Shown here: piece by piece, positions 57,987 through 64,000 of the stretch | Layout of the letters: the number at the start of each line of letters is the position of its first letter | Numbering within the stretch: position 1 is the first letter of the stretch | The notes under the pieces: generated by a model | What the model was told of the DNA's origin: nothing | The model's database searches: none | Seen by the model: only the letters and a program-made list of their open reading frames with translations | Assembly (NCBI RefSeq): GCF_947632445.1 | Contig: NZ_CANRPM010000011.1 | Span: 1,593-65,592 of the forward strand | DNA length: 64,000 nt | DNA from: an uncultured Bacteroides sp. | Lineage (GTDB): Bacteria > Bacteroidota > Bacteroidia > Bacteroidales > Bacteroidaceae | Direction of reading: 5' to 3' | Position numbers and translations under genes: made by a program

Positions 57987-58877
57987 CTATTGATCTGTCT
58001 TATTGGATAGCTTTTCAAGGAAGCAGACCATAAGGAAGCCTACTACCATCAATGCGATTGCTTCGCCAATGTAGGCATTGGGCAGGATGTTGGTTTCGAT
58101 AGGCATGCCATGTGTGTTGTCGGCTATTTCTTTCCATGGCCATACTTTGTTGAGTGAACCCAGCATGAAGCCCGTCAGGATGGCTAAGGTGATGTTACGG
58201 AAATGCTTCAAGGCAAACGATAACAAACGCGAGAAACTGATGATGCCAATGACTGCACCTGCTGCAAAGATAGCCAATGTCGTGATATTGAGTGTTTTTA
58301 CCGCTTCCATGATATAGAAATATTTACCTAACAATACAAGAATGAAACTCCCTGAAATACCCGGAAGAATCATGGCACAGATAGCGACAGCACCACATAG
58401 GAAGATGAACAGCGGATGGGTCGACGTCTCTGCGGGAGTAGCAACGGTTATGTAGTAAGCTATCATGGCACCGATGATAAATCCGATAACTGTTTTCCAA
58501 TTCCACCTCTTGATGTCTTTTCCTACAAACCAGGTAGAAGCCAGTACCAGGCCGAAGAAAAATGCCCAAACCAATATGGGGTGGGTAGTGAGTAGCCAAG
58601 TTATGGCTTTTGCGAGCGAAAAGATACTGATGCCAATTCCAAACCAAAGTGAGAGTAGAAAATTCCCATTGATTTTCTTCCAAAACGATTCCCATTTTCC
58701 CGTGAGAAACAGGCGGATGCTTTCCATGTTAATGCTCTTGATCGTTTCTATCAGTTCATCGTAGATGCCTACAATGAAGGCAATGGTACCGCCCGAAACA
58801 CCGGGTACGACATCGGCGGCTCCCATGCCCATGCCTTTCAGTGCGATAAGTGCGTAGTCTTTCAGTTTTCTTTTCAT
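57987..58877 (-). CDS. DUF368-family integral membrane protein
   Basis: KGMGMGAADVVPGVSGGTIAFIVGIY, AMILPGISGS, GSLNKVWPWK. Confidence 0.9.
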   Translation of the reverse strand: MKRKLKDYALIALKGMGMGAADVVPGVSGGTIAFIVGIYDELIETIKSINMESIRLFLTGKWESFWKKINGNFLLSLWFGIGISIFSLAKAITWLLTTHPILVWAFFFGLVLASTWFVGKDIKRWNWKTVIGFIIGAMIAYYITVATPAETSTHPLFIFLCGAVAICAMILPGISGSFILVLLGKYFYIMEAVKTLNITTLAIFAAGAVIGIISFSRLLSFALKHFRNITLAILTGFMLGSLNKVWPWKEIADNTHGMPIETNILPNAYIGEAIALMVVGFLMVCFLEKLSNKTDQ

Positions 58878-58917
58878 AATGCTCGTACTCTCTTTTTTAT
58901 AGAGTTTTTTATATAGC

Positions 58918-60357
58918 TTATTCTTTTCGCCGCCGGATCGGTTCTGTCAGGTAGGCTTTCATTACCTGTATAGTCTCTCTATCAGACATTTTCTTGACTA
59001 ATGTTTGCAGATTTTCCATGTATTTTTCGCTCATCGGACTTTCTGTCTGTTGGTTGTAGTGTCGGGCTTTCTTTGTTTCGCCGGACAGAATACAAGACAC
59101 GGTAAGTCGCTGGTACAGATTAGGATAATCGGGTTTACATTGTTCGATATGCTCCAAGGCGCTGACAGAATAGCTGTACATGTCTGCTTCGCTGCTATAA
59201 GCGGCTATTTCAGACCATGTATCGGCCGTATTGTCATCACTGCCTATTTCTTCCCACATGTCAATGGCTTTTTGTTTTTCTCCCCGTTGTGCATAAATCA
59301 GTCCTCCCAACAGATGGGCGTCTACATTGAGATAATCAATGTCAATGGCTTTGTGGCAGTAATCGAGTGCCTGCCCTTCATATTTCTCATTACCCAGTTT
59401 ATAAATGCAGATGGCCATGCCGGCGTAGAGTGATGAACGTGTAATCGGGTCTTTTAAATCCTTCTCATGTTTCCAAGCGATATACAATTCGTTATAAGCC
59501 TTCTCCCATTCTTCTTTTTCCAGCTTGATTTGTCCTAACATGGAGTTCAGGTATGCAGGGGCAATGCTATGTAATTTGACAGCCTCTTTATAGCATCTGA
59601 CGGCCTCTTCGTCGTTGCCAAGCTCCAGAAAGCAGTAGCCTTTAATGGCGTAGGCTTCGCCTAATTCGTCGTTGGCCAGCAGGGCATAGTCACAAGCGTC
59701 AATGGCTTTCCCGAATTCCTGCATGCCCATGTGGCAGCGTGCTACCGCCATCCAGTATTGCGGGTGATAGGGGTCGTTGTCTATCAGCTTATTATAGTAG
59801 GTCAGAGCTTTCGCATAATTTTTCCGGTCGAGCTGACTGTCTGCCATAATACAGCAGTATTCTGTATCTTCTTTGTCCCATCGCCAATGTGAAAGCCTTT
59901 CCATTGCCCGATCGTAGTGGTTAGATTCCAAATACATATAGGCCACATCTATAATGTTCTCCTTGCTGTATTTGTCTTCCAACATGTCCAGTTGCAGCTC
60001 GGCGTCTTCCATGCGTCCTTCCTCAACCAGTAGTCTGGCACGCAGGATGATGACATCTGAGCGTTCTTCAGTAATTTTCCGGGCTGTCTGTTTGGCCCTT
60101 TCCAGCTCGGACAAACTCAGATACAGGTAGCTGTGTTCTATTAACAACGAGGTGTTGCCGGGGTGGAGTCTCAGCCCATACGCGATGACTTCGGCTGCGT
60201 CGTCGAACTTGCTGTTGCGTTCGTACCATTCGGAAATATCGGCCAAATCTTCTGCATCCATGTAGATGGAGATGTGCTGGTCGCGTGCCGTTTCGTAGTT
60301 TTCCACCAGTTCGGCTAATGCCTTGTCTTTGCCCGACAACAGGTTCTTGTTACTCAT
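58918..60357 (-). CDS. Tetratricopeptide repeat protein
   Basis: YMDAEDLADISEWY N-terminus and multiple TPR-like helical pairs. Confidence 0.85.
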   Translation of the reverse strand: MSNKNLLSGKDKALAELVENYETARDQHISIYMDAEDLADISEWYERNSKFDDAAEVIAYGLRLHPGNTSLLIEHSYLYLSLSELERAKQTARKITEERSDVIILRARLLVEEGRMEDAELQLDMLEDKYSKENIIDVAYMYLESNHYDRAMERLSHWRWDKEDTEYCCIMADSQLDRKNYAKALTYYNKLIDNDPYHPQYWMAVARCHMGMQEFGKAIDACDYALLANDELGEAYAIKGYCFLELGNDEEAVRCYKEAVKLHSIAPAYLNSMLGQIKLEKEEWEKAYNELYIAWKHEKDLKDPITRSSLYAGMAICIYKLGNEKYEGQALDYCHKAIDIDYLNVDAHLLGGLIYAQRGEKQKAIDMWEEIGSDDNTADTWSEIAAYSSEADMYSYSVSALEHIEQCKPDYPNLYQRLTVSCILSGETKKARHYNQQTESPMSEKYMENLQTLVKKMSDRETIQVMKAYLTEPIRRRKE

Positions 60358-60381
60358 CGTATGGGGTTGTGTATCTGTTTT

Positions 60382-62121
60382 TTATTTGTTTATTTTGCCC
60401 CAGGTGTCTTTCAGCCCCACCGTGCGGTTGAAGATCATCTTTTCTGCAGTAGAGTCCTTATCGACATTGAAGTAGCCGATGCGTTGGAATTGGAGATAAG
60501 TGAGAGGCTTCATGCCGGCAGCAAACTTCTCGACATAGCAACACGGCAGTACTTTCAGCGAATCGGGGTTGATAATCTCCTTCATGGCTGTCAGGGCATC
60601 GCAATTCTTGGCTTCGCGGATGGCTGCCAATTCGTCACGAGGATTTTCCACTTTCCAAAGGCGGTCGTACAGACGTACTTTGGCCTCCAGGCAGTGGGCG
60701 CAGCTTACCCAATGTAGGGTACCTTTCACTTTGCGGTTGGCGCCTGGCATGCCGCTCTTTGAGTCGGGGTCGTATTCGCAGTAGACTTCCACCACTTCGC
60801 CTGCCTCGTTCTTCTTGCAACCGGTACACTTCACGATGTAGGCATTCTTCAGGCGTACTTCCTGACCGGGTGTCATGCGGAAATATTTCTTCGGAGCATC
60901 CTCCATGAAGTCTTCGCGCTCCATCCACAGCTCGCGGCTGAATTCGATAGTGTGGCTGCCTTCTTCAGGACGTTCAGGGTTGTTGATGGCTTCCAGTTCC
61001 TCCACCTGTCCTTCGGGGTAGTTGGTGATAATCAGCTTCACCGGGTTCAGCACGGCCGAAATACGGGTGGCACGTTCGTTCAGGTCCTCGCGAACGGCGC
61101 TTTCCAGCAGGGCGAACTCGTTGAGAGCATCGTAGGTGGTGTAGCCAATCTTGTCGATGAACTTATGAATGGACTCTGGCGAATAGCCGCGACGGCGGAA
61201 TCCGCAGATGGTCGGCATACGGGGATCGTCCCAGCCGTTGACCAAACCTTCCTTGACAAGCGTCAGCAGGTTACGTTTGCTCATCAGCGTGTAGCTCAGG
61301 TTCAGCTTATTGAACTCGTATTGGCGCGGGCGGTTGTCGTCCAAATCCTTATTCCCTTTCAGCCAATCGACGAAAAGATCATAGAGTGGACGGTGTACCA
61401 CAAACTCCAATGTACAAAGTGAGTGGGTTACGCCTTCGAAGAAGTCGCTTTGTCCGTGGGCGAAGTCATACATAGGATAGGCTTTCCATTTTGTGCCCGT
61501 GCGGTGGTGCGGATGTTTTACCACCCGGTAGATGATGGGATCACGGAAGTGCATGTTGGGGTTAGCCATGTCTATCTTGGCACGCAGCACCATCGCGCCT
61601 TCTTCTATCTCGCCACTGTTCATCTTTTGGAATAGCTCCAGATTCTCTTCAATAGGGCGATTGCGGTAGGGACTTTCCGTACCCGGCTGGGTCGGCGTGC
61701 CTTTTTGTGCCGCAATCTCTTCGGACGACTGCTCGTCGATGTATGCTTTGCCTTCCTTGATGAGGCGGATGGCGAAGTCCCAAAGTTGTTGGAAATAGTC
61801 CGATGCATAATATTCGTTGCCCCACTGGTAGCCCAGCCACTGGATATCCTCCTTAATGGCTTCTACGTATTCCACGTCTTCCTTCGTGGGGTTGGTATCG
61901 TCAAAACGCAGGTTGCATACGCCTCCGTGAGCGGCTGCAATGCCGAAATCAAGGCAGATGGCCTTGGCATGTCCGATATGCAGGTATCCGTTAGGCTCCG
62001 GCGGGAAGCGTGTCTGCACTCTACCTCCATTTTTACCGTTGCTCAAGTCGTTTTCTACAATTTGTTCAATGAAGTTCAAGCTTTTCTTTTCGCTTGTTTC
62101 TTCGTTTTTCAGTTCTGCCAT
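60382..62121 (-). CDS. glnS: Glutamine--tRNA ligase
   Basis: TRFPPEPNGYLHIGHAK, RFDDTNP, YPMYD, MSKR, FQRIGYF. Confidence 0.97.
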   Translation of the reverse strand: MAELKNEETSEKKSLNFIEQIVENDLSNGKNGGRVQTRFPPEPNGYLHIGHAKAICLDFGIAAAHGGVCNLRFDDTNPTKEDVEYVEAIKEDIQWLGYQWGNEYYASDYFQQLWDFAIRLIKEGKAYIDEQSSEEIAAQKGTPTQPGTESPYRNRPIEENLELFQKMNSGEIEEGAMVLRAKIDMANPNMHFRDPIIYRVVKHPHHRTGTKWKAYPMYDFAHGQSDFFEGVTHSLCTLEFVVHRPLYDLFVDWLKGNKDLDDNRPRQYEFNKLNLSYTLMSKRNLLTLVKEGLVNGWDDPRMPTICGFRRRGYSPESIHKFIDKIGYTTYDALNEFALLESAVREDLNERATRISAVLNPVKLIITNYPEGQVEELEAINNPERPEEGSHTIEFSRELWMEREDFMEDAPKKYFRMTPGQEVRLKNAYIVKCTGCKKNEAGEVVEVYCEYDPDSKSGMPGANRKVKGTLHWVSCAHCLEAKVRLYDRLWKVENPRDELAAIREAKNCDALTAMKEIINPDSLKVLPCCYVEKFAAGMKPLTYLQFQRIGYFNVDKDSTAEKMIFNRTVGLKDTWGKINK

Positions 62122-62350
62122 ACGTCTTTCATTACATGGTTCTTATTTATGGCTGCAAAAATAAGACTATTTTTTGTAAATCGTCCATATCCTTGGCATA
62201 TATCCGTTTTTTGAGAAAGCATTGTAATGGCAGAGGAAGAATTTATATGCTTTTCGGTTATCCGCACGGCGGGATTGGAATAGGATTGGAATGTTTTCCT
62301 TTTCGTGAAGCGCCGTTTTCCGTCCCGCAAAGCATTGTTTTCTTCAGTGG

Positions 62351-64000
62351 TTATTCTCCATTCTTCCGTTTCAGGAAATCGGTAGGATTTTCGCCGAAAT
62401 ATTCTTTGTAGCATTTGGTAAAGTAGGAGGGGGAACTGAAGCCGACCTCGTATGTGATTTCAGCTACTGTCTTTTCGGTGGAGGCCAACAGTGCAGAGGC
62501 CCGTTTCAGACGTGCGATGCGCAGTAGTTCGTTGGGAGCATAGCCGCAGAGTGCCTTTGTCTTGCGATAAAGCTGTACACGGCTCAAGCCTATTTCTTCA
62601 CCCAAATCCTCGACACTAAGGTTGGAATCGGACAAACGGTCGTTGATTAGGCGATGAAGTTTCTCCATAAAACCTTTATCCAGTTCGGCCACGGGCGCTT
62701 TTTGCGAGGGTATCTTTACGCCGTCCGAGAAGAAATCTTGTAGATGATGACGGTTTTCGATGAGGTTGCGCAGGCGGACGGTAAGCAGTTGGGCACTGAA
62801 AGGTTTGGATATGTAGGAATCTGCTCCGCACTCGTAGCCCTTTATCTTCTGCTCGTCTACGGCATAGGCCGTGAGCATCATCACGGGGATGTGCGATGTC
62901 TGCAATTCCGACTTCAAGCGGCGGCAGCAATCCATGCCGTCCATAACCGGCATCATCACGTCGCAGATAATGGCATCGGGTACGTACTTCATTGCTTGTT
63001 GAATGCCTTCTTGTCCGTTGGCGGCTTCGATGACGTTGTATTTTTCCTGAAGAACGGAGCGGACATAGTCGCGTACATCCTGATTGTCGTCTATTACAAG
63101 GATGGTTTCTTTGTCTTCGGGTTTTGTTTCGTGATTGGCTACTTGTATTGTCCCCTGGTCGGCGGCCAGTACGGCGCCTTCTTTCAGATTGGCTAACACG
63201 GCGCTACGGGTAGTGTTACTCTCTAAAGTGCCACTCTGATGAGCAGGCATTTCAATATAGAAGCGGGTACTTTGCCCTGCTATGCTGTCTACGTGGATAG
63301 TACCTCCGTGCATTTCTACGAATGCTTTTACCAAAGCAAGGCCGATACCCGATCCTGCATGGTGGATGTCTATCTGGTAGAAGCTTTCGAATATGTGCTG
63401 TATCTGGTCGGCAGACATGCCTACTCCGGTATCTGTCACTTGCAAACGTATCCAACGGGCGTCTTCTTTATGGAAAAACTCAAGACTGACGTGGACGCTT
63501 CCGTTCTCAGGAGTGAACTTAAAGGCGTTGGACAAGAGGTTGTACAAGATGCGTTCTATTTTTTCCGCATCGGCGGTAATGATGCTTTCTTCGTTTTCTT
63601 TGCCTTCAGTTTCAGGAGTATCAATGTTGAAGCGGATGTGTTTTCTGTAGGCCAATGTTCGGAAAGCGTCTGTCCATTCGTGTAGCGAGGCAGCCAGGTC
63701 AAATCGAGAGAGATGCATATCCAGTTTTCCTTCTTCAAATTTGCGGAAGTCAAGTATCTGGTTGATGAGTCGTAGCAGTACAGTAACGTTCTTATGGATG
63801 ATATTCAGCAGGAATCGTTCCTGCTCGTTCAGGTTGCGGCTTTGCTGAAGTTGGTCGACGGGGTCGGCGATGAGGGTGAGCGGTGTGCGGAAGTCGTGGG
63901 AAACATTGGTAAAGAAAGCCAGTTTGGCATGCGTCGCCTCTTCCAATTGTTTCGACAGAGTGATGAGTTGGTCGCGTTGTTCCTCTAACTGCTTTTTTTG
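62351..64000 (-). CDS. Hybrid sensor kinase / receiver / AraC regulator, 5' part outside window
   Basis: SHDFRTPLT H-box, GSGIGL, receiver CDVMMP, AraC HTH GLSRVQLYRK...YFTKCYKEYFG. Confidence 0.93.
   Translation of the reverse strand, partial: QKKQLEEQRDQLITLSKQLEEATHAKLAFFTNVSHDFRTPLTLIADPVDQLQQSRNLNEQERFLLNIIHKNVTVLLRLINQILDFRKFEEGKLDMHLSRFDLAASLHEWTDAFRTLAYRKHIRFNIDTPETEGKENEESIITADAEKIERILYNLLSNAFKFTPENGSVHVSLEFFHKEDARWIRLQVTDTGVGMSADQIQHIFESFYQIDIHHAGSGIGLALVKAFVEMHGGTIHVDSIAGQSTRFYIEMPAHQSGTLESNTTRSAVLANLKEGAVLAADQGTIQVANHETKPEDKETILVIDDNQDVRDYVRSVLQEKYNVIEAANGQEGIQQAMKYVPDAIICDVMMPVMDGMDCCRRLKSELQTSHIPVMMLTAYAVDEQKIKGYECGADSYISKPFSAQLLTVRLRNLIENRHHLQDFFSDGVKIPSQKAPVAELDKGFMEKLHRLINDRLSDSNLSVEDLGEEIGLSRVQLYRKTKALCGYAPNELLRIARLKRASALLASTEKTVAEITYEVGFSSPSYFTKCYKEYFGENPTDFLKRKNGE

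Noticed and set aside
1-64000. tRNA, rRNA, integrase, retron or reverse transcriptase genes
   Set aside because: No T-loop/anticodon structures, rRNA signatures, tyrosine-recombinase or YxDD motifs recognised.

Overview
Bacteroidales (Bacteroidaceae-like) chromosomal window. The backbone is ordinary: pepD, ompH, clpB, miaA-lpxA-lpxC/fabZ-lpxD-HD, pyrF-prfA-purM, LemA/TPM, aroE, menG, yggS, glnS, two hybrid two-component regulators and a small uronic-acid CAZyme locus without SusC/D. Two accessory regions interrupt it. (1) A ~9.5 kb insert between the HD-domain gene and pyrF carries an AT-rich four-gene operon: exported vWA protein, lipoprotein with an extra TM helix, 919-aa tubulin/FtsZ-like GTPase, and a 591-aa protein that aligns by eye as a catalytically dead paralogue of that GTPase. 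(2) A ~10 kb island bracketed by IS982 fragments carries a VirE-like ATPase, a type III R-M pair, an internally deleted HNH nuclease and a Fic protein. Both accessory operons are preceded by the same kind of long hairpin leader (CGTGGGC core, CC(A/G)CG-T6-GTAT tail), a candidate shared regulatory RNA. No tRNA, rRNA or CRISPR array was seen. All family calls come from motif recognition, not database searches.
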